From NCBI GenBank assembly GCA_963422375.2, contig OY729428.2, positions 1,472,001 to 1,536,000 on the forward strand: a stretch of 64,000 nt of DNA. Direction: 5' to 3'. This DNA is from Bryobacterales bacterium. Its GTDB lineage: Bacteria > Acidobacteriota > Terriglobia > Bryobacterales > UBA6623. Positions within the stretch are counted from its first letter, which is position 1. Every line of letters starts with the position of its first letter. The position numbers were made by a program, and so were the translations under genes. Shown in pieces: positions 40,606 through 51,984 of the stretch. Under the pieces are notes generated by a model. It made no database searches. It was not told the origin of the DNA and saw nothing but the letters and a program-made list of their open reading frames with translations.

Positions 40606-41388
40606 TCAGGGGTCGTAGATTCCGAGCACGTGCTGGTCGAAATCGATCAGAGCGCCCGTCATCATGCGCGATTCGTCGCTCAGTAGGTATGCCACCGCGC
40701 CCGCGACGTCTCGTGGCCGCAGGATCCTGCCGAAGGGCGCTCCCCGGTCCGCCGCCGCGAGCCAGTCTTCTGGCTGGCCTTCGAGCCGCTGCACCGCGTG
40801 CTCGGCGGGCGTGGCCATCCAACCGATGTTCAGCGCGTTGACGCGGATGCGGTGCCGCCGCTGGGAATTCGCCGCGTTCTTGGTCAGAGCGGCGAGCGCC
40901 CCCTTCGAAACGCTGTACGGCGTGAGGTTGGGAGTCCCGCCGTGCGCGGACATGCTCAGAATGTTGACAATGCTCCCGCCGCGGCCCTCCCGCTGCATGA
41001 TCCTGACCATTCCCTGCATGAGCAGGAACGGCGCTCGCAGGTTGACGGCCATGAACTTGTCCCAGTGCTCCGCCGAGGTCTCTTCCAAGGTCCCCCGATC
41101 CGTGCAGGCGGCTGCGTTCACGAGGCCGTCCAGTTGTCCGAACTCGGCATCAGCTCGCTCCACGATCCTGCGGCAGGTCTCCGGGTCTTCGAGCTCGCCT
41201 TGGATGAAAACGGCGCGGCACTGTCCGGAAGCGAGCCTTGCCACGACCGCTGCTCCTCGTTCCCTTGAGCGCCCGGTGATGACGATGCCCTCCGCGCCAC
41301 GCTCCACGGATAGGCGAATGATCTCCTCGCCTAGGCCCTGTGTGGACCCGGTGACAGCGAGAATCTTGCCTCGTAAGGAACGACTCAT
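40606..41388 (-). CDS. SDR family oxidoreductase
   Basis: TGSTQGLG, LVNAA, YSVSK and IRVNAL motifs. Confidence 0.93.
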   Translation of the reverse strand: MSRSLRGKILAVTGSTQGLGEEIIRLSVERGAEGIVITGRSRERGAAVVARLASGQCRAVFIQGELEDPETCRRIVERADAEFGQLDGLVNAAACTDRGTLEETSAEHWDKFMAVNLRAPFLLMQGMVRIMQREGRGGSIVNILSMSAHGGTPNLTPYSVSKGALAALTKNAANSQRRHRIRVNALNIGWMATPAEHAVQRLEGQPEDWLAAADRGAPFGRILRPRDVAGAVAYLLSDESRMMTGALIDFDQHVLGIYDP

Positions 41389-41455
41389 GGCTCCGACCTC
41401 GGCATCGACGGCTGGCCCGCTCGCTGCGAGCTCCTTTTCTTGGGTTCGAGTCCCC

Positions 41456-42880
41456 TCAGACCAGGGTCTCGTCTGGGGCCGGCTCCAGCCCCACCAAGGT
41501 CGGCTGCATTGGCAGAGGGGGGCTCGGCGCGGTGCGCGTTGACGTCGAGGGCCGAGGTGCGCTGGGGGCAGGCCCTCGTTTCTTGCGCCGGGCCCGGTCC
41601 GTTCCCTTGTGGGCTCCGGGCTGCTGCGCCCGAGCGCTCTGGCCTTCCGCGGGTGGCTCGGTTTCCGCACCCGCGCCGGCGCCGGCCTCCCCGGTCGCCT
41701 GCACGTCTGCACGAGGCCGCTCGGGAGCAGGAACTTCCGGCTGGGGTTCCCGGTGACTGCCGTCGGACAGGGGGGCCGGATCTTGGGGCGCCGCAGGCGG
41801 TGCCAGCGACTCCGCGTCCGGCAGGTCGGGAACGGGCGCGACGGGCGCTTGGGGCGGTGCCGGCGCGGGGTCGTGGACCGAAGGCTGCCGCTCCGCTGGC
41901 GGCGTCGAGCCGCTGCTGAGGTAAGCGTCCTTGTCCAGCACGAACCGACCTAGGCTGTTGTGGTACCCGCTCCACACCGAGCCCTCGACGGCTGCCGCCC
42001 GCGCCTCGCGCATCATCTCCAGCTTCGCGTCCAAGTCGTCGATGAAATGCAGTACAAGTGCCTCGGGGAACAGGGGCACCTGAGGCGACCCGTATTCCAG
42101 CTTTCCGTGATGGCTGAGCACCAAGTGCAGTAGCAGCGTCTTGAGGCGGGCAGGGAATCCGACGATCTCGTCGCAGCGCCGGGAGATCCACGCACTTCCG
42201 ATCGCGATGTGGCCCAGCAGCCTGCCGGAGTCGGTGTAGTCGAACGTCCGGTCCCAGCTCAGCTCGAATATCTTCCCCGCGTCGTGCAGCAGCACGCCGC
42301 AGGCGAGCAGGTCGGAGTCCACGTCCGGGTAGTGCGAGGCCACCTTCTTGGCGAGCCGCAGCAGGCTCACCACGTGCTCCAGCAGGCCGCCGACCTTGGC
42401 GTGGTGGTTGGCCTTCGCCGCCGGGGCCTGCTTGTACTTCATAGCGAATTGCGGGTCGCGGAAGACCGCCCGCATCAGCCGCTTCAGGTTGGCGTTCGAG
42501 AACTGGTCGATGGCTTCGAGGACCTCGGCGTACATGGCGTCGACGTCGTGCTCGGTGTGCGGGACGAAGTCCCCGAGGAATACTTCCTCGTCTGGAACCG
42601 CGCGCAGCCACGTGACGATCATCTGGTGCTGGTCGTTGAAGACCTGCATCCTCCCGCGCACGTGAACGATATCGTTGGCCTCGAACAGCGGCGCGAGGCT
42701 ATTGACGTTGTCCCAAACCTTCGTATCCATCTCGCCGGTGCGGTCCGCCAGCTTGAGACTCAGGTACGGATTGCCGTTCTTGGAGACGCGGGTCTCCTTG
42801 GAACGGACGAGAAAGGTGCTCTCGAACCGCAGGCTCGGCTCAAGCCCCTTGAGGTCGTTGATGAAGTGCTCCTTCTTCAC
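41456..42880 (-). CDS. yhaM: YhaM/Cbf-like 3'-5' exoribonuclease (OB fold plus HD domain) with Pro/Ala-rich tail
   Basis: KNGNPYLSLKLADRTG, HHAKVGGLLEH, LLHDAGK and SHHGKLEYGSP motifs. Confidence 0.9.
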   Translation of the reverse strand: MKKEHFINDLKGLEPSLRFESTFLVRSKETRVSKNGNPYLSLKLADRTGEMDTKVWDNVNSLAPLFEANDIVHVRGRMQVFNDQHQMIVTWLRAVPDEEVFLGDFVPHTEHDVDAMYAEVLEAIDQFSNANLKRLMRAVFRDPQFAMKYKQAPAAKANHHAKVGGLLEHVVSLLRLAKKVASHYPDVDSDLLACGVLLHDAGKIFELSWDRTFDYTDSGRLLGHIAIGSAWISRRCDEIVGFPARLKTLLLHLVLSHHGKLEYGSPQVPLFPEALVLHFIDDLDAKLEMMREARAAAVEGSVWSGYHNSLGRFVLDKDAYLSSGSTPPAERQPSVHDPAPAPPQAPVAPVPDLPDAESLAPPAAPQDPAPLSDGSHREPQPEVPAPERPRADVQATGEAGAGAGAETEPPAEGQSARAQQPGAHKGTDRARRKKRGPAPSAPRPSTSTRTAPSPPLPMQPTLVGLEPAPDETLV

Positions 42881-44043
42881 GATGCCGCAGCCCCCTCGGA
42901 GGTGGGGGCGGGCTCGTCCTCTCCGGCGTCGTCGACTGGCTTGCGGGGCAGGGGGATCATCCAGAGAACCCGCTTACGCGGGCGCGCTTGGATGACTTCC
43001 TCGCGGGTGGTCGTGAGGGGCGCGAGCCGCGACGGGTCGCTCCATGCGGTGCTCATGCCGTCGATTGCTCCGGTATCGCTGTAGCCTGGGCGGATTTCGA
43101 TGTACGACTCCGCGCGCAGCTCGCTGAGGTAATTGCGGATCTCGGGCTGGAACAGGGGCCCGCTGATCGTGGCCCGGATCTCCTCGGCGACCTCCTCGAG
43201 TTCGGCCAGCCCCTCGCGGTAGTTCTGGTCGACGCGCAGGATCAGCAACCCGTTCGGGACTTCGATGAGTTCGGTGATATAGCCCTGCCGCTTGCCGAAG
43301 ACCGATTCCTCGATTTCCCCTCGCAGCATGCCGCGGCGGTAGATGCCGATGTCGCCACCGAGCTCCTTGGTCGCCTCGTCGTCGGAGAACCGCCGGGCCA
43401 TTTCGGCGAACGGCTCGCCCCGCTGCACGCGCTGCAGGACATCCTCGGCCTCCTCGCGGTCAAGCTCTCCATCTTCCGCGCTCGCGAACAGGATCTGGCT
43501 CAGCCGCACGCCCTCCGAACGCACGTACTCGTCCTTGTGCTCCTCGTAGTGCGCCTCGATCTGCTCCCTGGTGACGACGACTCGCCGCGACACCTCCTGT
43601 CCGAGCACGGCCTGCGAGAGGAAGTTCTCGCGCATCCGGTCCATGAGGTCCTCGGCCGGCTCGCCCGTGCGCTCCAGCACCCACTCCTCGAAGTCGTCGG
43701 CGGTCTCGATGTCGTTCCGGCGCATGATCTCGTCGCGCTGGCGCAGGACCTGGGCCTCCACGCTGACACCGAGCTCCTCTCCCTTCTGCACGAGCAGCCG
43801 CTGGTCGATCATGTCGCGCAGGACGACCTTCTCGCGCTCGGCGAGCTCCGAGTCGCGGTCGGCCTCGGAGAGCGAAGAGTCCGCCAGAAGCTCGCGCCGG
43901 GTCTGCTCGAGCGTGCGCTCGTATTCGGACCGGAGGATGATGCCGTTGTTGACCTTGACGATGATCTCTTCGAGAATCAGCACCTCGGCCGCTAGCGGGG
44001 CGGCGAGAGCTAGGGCCGCGACGAGGAATTGCTGCCGTTTCAT
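42877..44043 (-). CDS. surA: SurA/PpiC-type peptidyl-prolyl isomerase
   Basis: Signal peptide; IIVKVNNGII; parvulin motifs FAEMARRFS and GGDIG. Confidence 0.85.
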   Translation of the reverse strand: MKRQQFLVAALALAAPLAAEVLILEEIIVKVNNGIILRSEYERTLEQTRRELLADSSLSEADRDSELAEREKVVLRDMIDQRLLVQKGEELGVSVEAQVLRQRDEIMRRNDIETADDFEEWVLERTGEPAEDLMDRMRENFLSQAVLGQEVSRRVVVTREQIEAHYEEHKDEYVRSEGVRLSQILFASAEDGELDREEAEDVLQRVQRGEPFAEMARRFSDDEATKELGGDIGIYRRGMLRGEIEESVFGKRQGYITELIEVPNGLLILRVDQNYREGLAELEEVAEEIRATISGPLFQPEIRNYLSELRAESYIEIRPGYSDTGAIDGMSTAWSDPSRLAPLTTTREEVIQARPRKRVLWMIPLPRKPVDDAGEDEPAPTSEGAAAS

Positions 44044-44066
44044 GGGGTGCTAATGTCTATTCTCGC

Positions 44067-45368
44067 ATGCCGGCCGCCCGAAGTTTCCTCGTTCTGGCGC
44101 CGCTGCTGGCGACGCTGGGCCCGCTTGCCGCTTGCGGGCAGACCTACGATCTCGTTCTGCAAGGGGGGCGCGTGATCGACCCGGGCTCGGGCGTCGACGG
44201 TAGCTTCGACGTCGCGGTCGACGACGGACGCATCGCGGAAATCGGGCCGGCTATCGATGCTGATCGCGCCGAGCGAGCGGTCGGCGTCTCCGGGTTGCTC
44301 GTGGTGCCCGGCTTGGTCGACATCCACACCCACGTGTTCTCTACGGCGGGAATCCGGGGCGCGTGGGCGGGGGATTCCAGCGTTCGCCCGGACAGCTTCA
44401 GCTTCCGCTCCGGCGTCACCACGATGGTGGACGCCGGCAGCGCCGGCTGGCGCAACTTCGAGCTGTTCCGGGAATCCGTGATCGACACAGCCAAGACGCG
44501 CGTGCTGGCCTTTGTAAACATTTCCGGATCCGGCATGGAGTCGATCGAGCTCGAGCAGAGCGACTTCGATCCCGCCGCAGTGGCGGCGCTCGCGCGCAAG
44601 CACAGTGACGTGGTAGTCGGCGTGAAGTCGGCGCACTTCCGGTCGCCGGAGTGGACGTCGGTCGATAGCGCGGTGCAGGCCGGACGCGTGGCCGGGATTC
44701 CCGTGATGGTCGATTTCGGCTACTTCCTGCCCGAGCGGCCATTCTGGGAGCTGGTGGGAGAGCGCCTGCGTCCGGGCGACCTAGCGACCCACTGCTTCCG
44801 CGCGCCCGTGCCGTGGGCGGACGAGGGCGGAACCCTGTACCCATACTTGCGCGCCGCGCGGGAGCGGGGCGTCGGGTTCGATGTCGGCCACGGCGGGGGC
44901 AGCTTTGCGTTCCGCAATGCCGCTCCTGCGGTCGCCCAGGGCTTTTTCCCGGACTCGATCTCGACGGATCTGCACGTCGGCAGCATGAATGCCGCCATGA
45001 TGGACATGCTCACGGTGATGTCGAAATTCCTAGCGCTGGGCATGCCGCTGAACGACGTGGTACGGGCGTCGACCGTCGCCCCGGCCGGCCTGGTGGGCCG
45101 TCCCGACCTAGGACGGCTGGAGCCCGGCGCGGTCGCGGACATCGCCGTGCTGCGGGTGGACACCGGCAGCCACCGGTTCCGGGACGTCCACGGCGGGACC
45201 GTTGAGGGCACGCAGCGTCTCGCTGCCGAGCTGACACTCAAGGACGGCGAGATCGTCTGGGACTGGAACTCCCGAACGGGCACGGATTACCGTGCCTTGG
45301 GACCCGCTTACGGGGTGGACAGCCCGGACGTGCAATCGGTTCCCCCGGGCCGGGCGGGAGGCCAGTAG
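44067..45368 (+). CDS. Amidohydrolase/deacetylase family metallohydrolase (dihydroorotase-like), secreted
   Basis: PGLVDIHTH, GVTTMVDAGS, THCF, DVGHGGGSF and ISTDLH motifs. Confidence 0.9.
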   Translation: MPAARSFLVLAPLLATLGPLAACGQTYDLVLQGGRVIDPGSGVDGSFDVAVDDGRIAEIGPAIDADRAERAVGVSGLLVVPGLVDIHTHVFSTAGIRGAWAGDSSVRPDSFSFRSGVTTMVDAGSAGWRNFELFRESVIDTAKTRVLAFVNISGSGMESIELEQSDFDPAAVAALARKHSDVVVGVKSAHFRSPEWTSVDSAVQAGRVAGIPVMVDFGYFLPERPFWELVGERLRPGDLATHCFRAPVPWADEGGTLYPYLRAARERGVGFDVGHGGGSFAFRNAAPAVAQGFFPDSISTDLHVGSMNAAMMDMLTVMSKFLALGMPLNDVVRASTVAPAGLVGRPDLGRLEPGAVADIAVLRVDTGSHRFRDVHGGTVEGTQRLAAELTLKDGEIVWDWNSRTGTDYRALGPAYGVDSPDVQSVPPGRAGGQ

Positions 45369-45449
45369 CGCCGGCCGACAGGCACCGGGGACATCGGGAA
45401 CCCTTGAGTCGGCGACGGCCTCGTGCCCCTGGCTGCGGCGATCGGGGAC

Positions 45450-46922
45450 TCAGCCGTCTAGAATCTTGGCAAGCATGCGGTTGACCACACGCGGATTGGC
45501 CTGACCGCGGGTGGCCTTCATCACCTTCCCGACGAAGTAGCCGATCACGCCCTTCTTCCCGCCCCGGTACTGGGCAACCTGCCGCGGGGAGGATGCGAGC
45601 ACACTGCGGATAACGCCTTCCAACTCGGCGCTGTCGCTGATCTGACGCAGGCCTTCCGACTCGACGACTTCCTCGGCCGTCTGCCCGCTGGCGAACATCT
45701 TTGCGAAGACCTCCTTCGCGAGCTTGCCCGACAGCGTGCCCTTGTCCACGAGGGCGACTAGTCTTCCGAGGTCAGTGGCGCTCACCGGCGAGGACTCGAC
45801 ATCCTTCCCCGCCGCGTTCAGGGCTCCCATGAGCTCGCCCTGGACCCAGTTCGCGGCGCCCTTGGGGTTGCCGGCGGCCTTGGCGGCCTCTTCGAAGTAG
45901 CGCGCTGTCGCGGCCGTCAGCGTCAGCACCCGGGCGTCGTAGTGGGACAGCCCGTAGTCATTGACGAAGCGGGCCCGCAGGGCCGGCGGAAGCTCCGGCA
46001 TGGCCGTGCGAATCGCCCCCACTTCCTCTTCGGGGACGACCAGCGGCGGCAGGTCCGGTTCCGGAAAATATCGGTAGTCGTGCGAGTCCTCCTTGCCGCG
46101 CATGCTGGATGTGGAGCCGTTCGCCGTGTTGAATAGGCGCGATTCCTGGTAGACCGTGCCGCCTGAATCGAGGACGGCCGCTTGGCGGCCGATCTCGTAC
46201 AGGATCGCCTGCTTCACGAAGCGGAAGGAGTTCAGGTTCTTGATTTCGCAGCGGGTGCCGAGCCTCGTCGCTCCGGCCGGGCGCACGGAGATGTTCGCGT
46301 CGCAGCGCAGCTGGCCCTTTTCCATGTCGCAGTCGGATGCCCCTGAGAACTGGATCACCTGCTTGAGCTCGTTTAGATACGCGACCGCTTCTTCGGCGCT
46401 GCGCATGTCTGGCTCGCTGACGATCTCGCACAGGGGCGCGCCGGCGCGGTTCAGGTCCACATAGCTGTAGCGGTTCGAATCGCTGAATCCGTCGTGGACC
46501 GTCTTGCCGGCGTCCTCCTCCATGTGAAGCCGCGTAATGCCGACCCGCTTGAAACCCTCCCCCCAGCGGATGTCCAGCCAGCCCTCCTCCGCCAAGGGCT
46601 GGTCGTACTGCGAGATCTGGTATCCCTTGGGCAGGTCAGGGTAGAAGTAGTTCTTGCGGGCGAACCGCGAGTAGCGGTTGACGCGGCAATTGATCGCGAG
46701 CGAAGCCCGCACAGCCAGCGCGACGGCCTCGCGGTTGAGCACGGGCAGCGCGCCGGGCAGGCCCAGCACCACAGGGTCTGTCTGCGAATTGGGGACCTTG
46801 CCGAACTCGTGAGTGGAGTGGGAGAAGATCTTCGTCTTCGTCTTGAGCTGGACATGGACTTCGAGCCCGATCACGGGCTCGTACTTGGCGATCGTCGCCA
46901 AGTCGGCTAGGCCTGCGTCCAT
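45450..46922 (-). CDS. gatB: Asp/Glu-tRNA amidotransferase subunit B
   Basis: IGLEVHVQL, RKNYFYPDLPKGYQISQ, LRCDANIS and DYRYFPEPDL motifs. Confidence 0.97.
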   Translation of the reverse strand: MDAGLADLATIAKYEPVIGLEVHVQLKTKTKIFSHSTHEFGKVPNSQTDPVVLGLPGALPVLNREAVALAVRASLAINCRVNRYSRFARKNYFYPDLPKGYQISQYDQPLAEEGWLDIRWGEGFKRVGITRLHMEEDAGKTVHDGFSDSNRYSYVDLNRAGAPLCEIVSEPDMRSAEEAVAYLNELKQVIQFSGASDCDMEKGQLRCDANISVRPAGATRLGTRCEIKNLNSFRFVKQAILYEIGRQAAVLDSGGTVYQESRLFNTANGSTSSMRGKEDSHDYRYFPEPDLPPLVVPEEEVGAIRTAMPELPPALRARFVNDYGLSHYDARVLTLTAATARYFEEAAKAAGNPKGAANWVQGELMGALNAAGKDVESSPVSATDLGRLVALVDKGTLSGKLAKEVFAKMFASGQTAEEVVESEGLRQISDSAELEGVIRSVLASSPRQVAQYRGGKKGVIGYFVGKVMKATRGQANPRVVNRMLAKILDG

Positions 46923-47169
46923 GGACAGATGCGGCGGCCGGAGGCCCGGCGCCGGATTCTCATCGTACCAGCGGGGAGGTGCCCGACCGTAGGGATGCGG
47001 ACTGGACCATCCGGGGTGTCTGAGCCGCTCGTGCCGTCTCCGGCGGACGACGGGATGGCGCGGCCTCCGGGCGGCGACTCTCTCCGGAAGTCTTCCCGCT
47101 GACCCGGAATCGTCCCGGAAGTTGGCCCGTTTGGCCCAGGCGGCCTCCCTGGGGCAGAATGAACGGTGC

Positions 47170-47883
47170 ATGTTCAATTGGATCTGCCCCGAATGCGGTG
47201 CCAGCGTCGATGTCGGCGAGGAATATTGCCGGGAATGTGCGGGCCGAGGTCGCAAGGTGGGCCCGGACGGCCCGGTTCATCCTGATTCCGGACAGCGGCT
47301 GTCGGGCTTCGGAACGGACCTCCCCGCTCTCGACAGGGCTGCCCTGCGGGTCGCGAATCACGACGAGACTGTTGTCGAAGCCGTCGCCCAGCCCGTGCCG
47401 GAGGTCCGGCCGTCGCGAGCAGGGTCGATTCGGGTGAAGCAATACCTGCCTTGGGCCGTGCTCGTGGCCGTGCTATGCGTTGCGTCGGCGCTCATGTGGA
47501 GAGGCTTGACCGGCCTGCGACTCGAGCATCCCGGCGACGAGGCGGTGTCCCCGGTCGAGACGTTCGCGATCGGCGTGCGCGGCCCGATCGAAGTGTCGGG
47601 AATCCGACCCTACTACGACGACGAATACCTGGCGCACGTGCGCGCCTTCGTCGCGAACCACTCGGACCGCGAGCAGTCGGTGGCGCTGTCGGTGCTTCTG
47701 CGAGTCCGGGAGACTGGCCCGAGCGCCCCGCCTTTGGCGACGTTTCGGATCGTGATCGGCGACCCGCTCCCGCCCTTGGGGGGGCAGGAAGTGGATGTTC
47801 CCCTCCTGGCGATGGGCAGCTTGCAGAGCCTGCCGCGATGGGACGAGATGCGCGTCGATCTCGAGGTGCTGACGGGGGACTGA
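47170..47883 (+). CDS. Hypothetical membrane-anchored protein with N-terminal zinc ribbon
   Basis: WICPECG...YCREC, a single hydrophobic helix, then a beta-rich C-terminal domain. Confidence 0.75.
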   Translation: MFNWICPECGASVDVGEEYCRECAGRGRKVGPDGPVHPDSGQRLSGFGTDLPALDRAALRVANHDETVVEAVAQPVPEVRPSRAGSIRVKQYLPWAVLVAVLCVASALMWRGLTGLRLEHPGDEAVSPVETFAIGVRGPIEVSGIRPYYDDEYLAHVRAFVANHSDREQSVALSVLLRVRETGPSAPPLATFRIVIGDPLPPLGGQEVDVPLLAMGSLQSLPRWDEMRVDLEVLTGD

Positions 47884-49304
47884 GTCCGCTGCGGCCACCC
47901 GGCCGAGCGGCTAGAGATCGCGTCTCGGCCCTCGCCAGCGGGATAGAGTCTCGGCAAGATCGCAAGAAGATCACTCGGTCCCGTGCCCGGAACCAGCGAT
48001 TCCGAGGCGGGCCCGCTCGGTTGGAGGCCTCATCCTAGCCGTCGAAGGGTCACGGCCGGCCCGAGGGTCCGTTCCGGGGCTGCTGGAGGGAGTGTCACGT
48101 GCCTCAACGGCGACGAAACTGGTCCGTTCCGCTCCCAGTCTGGGCCGCTTGCGGCTGCTGTGGTTCTGCCGGTCTGTCGGATACGTCCCATGTTGCGACA
48201 TGGCTAATGAGATTGCCGCAGGATGTGTGAGGCACTTTCTTTGGAAATCGACACAATGCCAAGACTCTCGTCGGCTGGTCGCCGTCCGCGGCCAGCACTT
48301 CGTCTCAATCCAAGTCTCATGAATTGACGTGCTCTCTGGTGATGCGCGGTGGGTCATTCGGCATGACGCGTCCAGCTGGCCGCTGCACATGTTGTCACCA
48401 CAACACTGGATCCGGGAAATTGTTGACCAATCGCTGCGACTACCAACAAGAAAGCAGAAGATGTCGCACGACAACTTCCCATTCGTCATCATCAAGGATT
48501 CTAGGGAGATATTCTGCTCTGGTCCTAGCGCACTCAATTGGCCTGAAGCATGGAAACACTCAGACTCTCCGGTGTCGAGAGCGTAGGGCAAATCCCGGAC
48601 CTGCGGAGGTTTTCTAAGTCATATGAAATTCTCGGACTAGGCGGAATGCCGAGCATCTAATTTGTCTAGGTACGCCTGTGATTCGGGACAGGTGACCGGA
48701 GCCCACTTCCTAGCCATCGGAGTGACTCGCCCGGGCAGCAAGTACGCACTGAGACCGTTGCATAGGGTATCAAGCACGTCAACGGTGTCGAAACTGGCAG
48801 GTTCTGATCCGAGCCAAGCCGGCTTGCAGCTGATGTGCTTCGGCGCGTCCGTCTGACGCGCCCCATCCCGCGACATCGCAAGCAAGACGCCGATGGACGC
48901 TTGGCAACCGGTCAGCCGAGAATGCAAGTGCACTTGGCCCGAGGCGGACAAGAGAGGCGTGGGCGCTCATGTCGGCTGCCGAGCATCTGTCCGCTGGGTC
49001 GGGCAAAGAATTCCCAGCGGTTTGTCTGCCACTCCGCATGAACGGTGTAGTTGGACAGTAAGATGCTATTGACTGTGATCTTGACATCGCTCCGATCCAA
49101 GGCAACACATGCAACCACCTCACCGTCTTGATGGCAGTCCACGGTGGGAGAATGTGCCTTGAATACCGAAACAGTCAACTCTTGAGTGGGGTTGAAAGTC
49201 CTGGTAAGTATTTCAAGGAATTGGTAGCGAATTGGCAGCCTGTTACGGACTGGAAATGCACGGAGAATGATGATTGCTTCGACCCTCTCCGTATCCCTTC
49301 GAAA

Positions 49305-50534
49305 GGGAATCATATATCTGAGTTCCGACGACGCCATATCCGGCTAGAACTGCTCTGATTGGGGACGTCGGCGTCTTGCTCGGATCATTGGTGTGCGGCC
49401 GAGGTGGGCACCGAAAGGTCGGTTCGTATCTGAATCGCGCCGGCCAGCGGATTTCGCGGCGCACGGACTAAAGAGGCCGCCTCGGACACCCCGGTGGAAC
49501 CCGGCTTGCCGTGGAGAGGCTCCCCTTCCAGGGCGGCTGCATCTATGAATTGTCCGGGCTGGACACCGGTCGCGGCGCGGGATTCCGGATCCGGAGCGCC
49601 CTTCGCACCGGGCTTGAAGAGAGGCCGCAGCGGACCGGCTAGGCCGTGCTCGGGCCGCGACCACGGCCTTGCCGACAGGTCAGCGTCATGCCGACCAAGC
49701 CTCGCGCCATGCGCCGCATCCGTTCCGCCGTGTCGCCGTTGCGGGCGTTGCGCCGCCCCGCGAACTCCGTGAGGTAGCGGCCCACGTGACGGACGCTCAT
49801 CCGGTGATTGGTTCCGTAGAGGCCGCGCTTGAACAGGGACTGGAATGGCTCGATGCCGTTCGTATGCGCTGCCCCGCGCACGTACTCGCCGCCGGAGTGC
49901 TTGACGCCCTCGTGCGGGAACTCCGCCATGCCGGCGTGGGCCACCGCCTCGTCGGAGCGGACCTGCACGCCCGCCACGGGGGTCTTGCCGACCGGCCCGC
50001 GCCCGGCACGAGCGGACGCGCTGCGCCAGATGCACAGGCCGACTTCCGGCTTATGCCCGGGTCGCGGTGCAGCTTCATGCTGGAGACGTCCTTGAGGCCG
50101 GTGGTCAGCAGGAACAGGGCCACGGCCCGGACGCTGTAGCCGAGCTTGGTGTCGGCCATCATGCTGCCGGTGCGCACGGAAAAGCGCTTGCCGCAACCGC
50201 GGCAACGGTACGGCATCGAAGGGTGGGCCGCGCCAGACTGCACGCTGGAGCCGCGGCAGCGGGGGCATACCGGACCGTCCGGCCAGCGCATGGAGGCGAA
50301 CCACTTTTCCGCGGATTCGTCATCGGGGAACATGGCGATCACTTCAATCAAGATGGTGCCTTTACGAAACCACTTTCCGGGAACTTTCTTCTTCACCAAC
50401 GACCTCCCATATTGGAACTATTCAATCAAGAAACTCCACCGATTGTCAACAGATATCCGGAAGAACTATCAAATTAATTTATGGATTGATAATTTGCCAA
50501 ATCGGTTGTCTCGGCACTCAAGTATATAATTCCT
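49305..50534 (-). mobile_element. IS1595-family element type A, copy 2 (internally deleted; frameshifted transposase about 49639-50399)
   Basis: Degenerate TIRs gggaatcatatatctgagttccga / tcggcactcaagtatataattcc; homologous to 22086-23573. Confidence 0.88.
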
Positions 50535-50537
50535 ATT

Positions 50538-51570
50538 CCTGATTACCAACGAACGTCAGTCGAGGATATGCTCTACTGGAGGAGGTCGGAAACCTCTGAC
50601 AGGAAAGGGGATAGCAGCTGAAACGCAATCGCGTGCAATTCCAGAAGGGACTCAGTCCGGGCAAGTTCCTGCAGCGCTACGGCAGCGAGGGGCCATGCGA
50701 GCAGGCCGTCTTCAAGGCCCGCCGGCCGGACGGCTTCCGCTGCCCGGAGTGCGGCTCCCGGCGGCACTGCCGCATCCGCTCCCGCAAGCTCTGGCAGTGC
50801 CATGCCTGCCACCGCCGGACCTCCCTCGTCGCCGGCACGATCTTCGCCGCCACCCAGCTGCCGCTGACCGTCCGGTTCCTGGCGCTCCACCTGCTGACGC
50901 AGGGCCAGCACGGCGTTTCGTCGCTGGAACTGGCGCGGCAGCCGGGCGTGAGCCGGAACACGGCTTGGAAGGTGAAGCACAAGCTCCTGCAAGTGCTGAA
51001 GGAGCGCGACGAGCGCCTGCCGCCGGGCGGCATCGTGCAGGTGGACGACGCCTACCGGGGCGGGGAGCGGAGCGGCGGCAAGCGCGGTCGCGGCGCGGCG
51101 GGCAAGACGCCGTTCGTGGCCGCCGGGCAGGTCACCGCCGCCGGCCAGCCGGCAAGGATGCGCCTGAGCAGCGTGGCGGGCTTGCGCAAGAAGACGCTGG
51201 CAGCGTGGGCCGGGCGGCACTTGCAGCCCGGCACGGAGGTGCATTCCGACGGCCCGGCCTGCTTGCGGGGCGTGGCCGACGCCGGCTGCGAGCACGTGCC
51301 GACCGTCACCGGAGGCGGGCAGCGGAGCTGCGGGGATTCCCGCTTCGTCCGGGTCAGCACGATGCTGGCGAACGTCAAGCAGTCCCTGGCGGGAGCCTGC
51401 CATGCGCTCGACGGCAAGCACCTGCCGCGCTACCTCGCCGAGTTCCGCTACCGCTTCAACCGCCGCTACGATCTCGAGGCGCTGGTCCCCCGCCTGCTCC
51501 ACGCCTCCGTGCGCACCCCGCCCAGGCCTTACCGCCTCCTAACCTTGGCTGCGTCTTGTGGGTAATCAGG
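50538..51570 (+). mobile_element. IS1595-family element type B, copy 3 (transposase ORF 50633-51565)
   Basis: TIRs cctgattacc / ggtaatcagg; perfect 8-bp TSD ttcctatt (50530-37 / 51571-78). Confidence 0.94.
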
Positions 51571-51984
51571 TTCCTATTTGAAACAAAGAATGGATCCAAT
51601 CGAAAGGAGATACTAGAGTCTTGTGATGAATCTTCTAGCATGACTCGTGTACCAACGAGAAATCGACGATGGCAGGGGGCTTGAACTTCGCGCGCTGCTG
51701 AAGTGGATGGACAAGCTGTAGTCTCTTGATAGTTGGGCAGTGAATTGAGTCGACGTGCAAGGTCTTCTCTTCGAATCGTTGATGTACGCTGGACTGATGA
51801 TTGCTAGCTCCAGACGTGATTCCCTTAGTGCGCATGCTCGCTGCGCTCGACGAATCAGTGTTGGTCAAGTCCGACGTGCCAAGGTCGCCTCCCTCGGCTG
51901 ACGTCAGCGACGCATTCGCGAAGCGGTGAAGAATTCTTGCCGGGCAAGTCGGCGCAGCAACTCTAGGCAGCAATTCTGCCGGTT

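Noticed and set aside
41440..41463. tRNA T-loop-like gggttcgagtccc...cca as an att site
   Set aside because: Opposite orientation to tRNA-Lys, short match, and wrong spacing to CCA.
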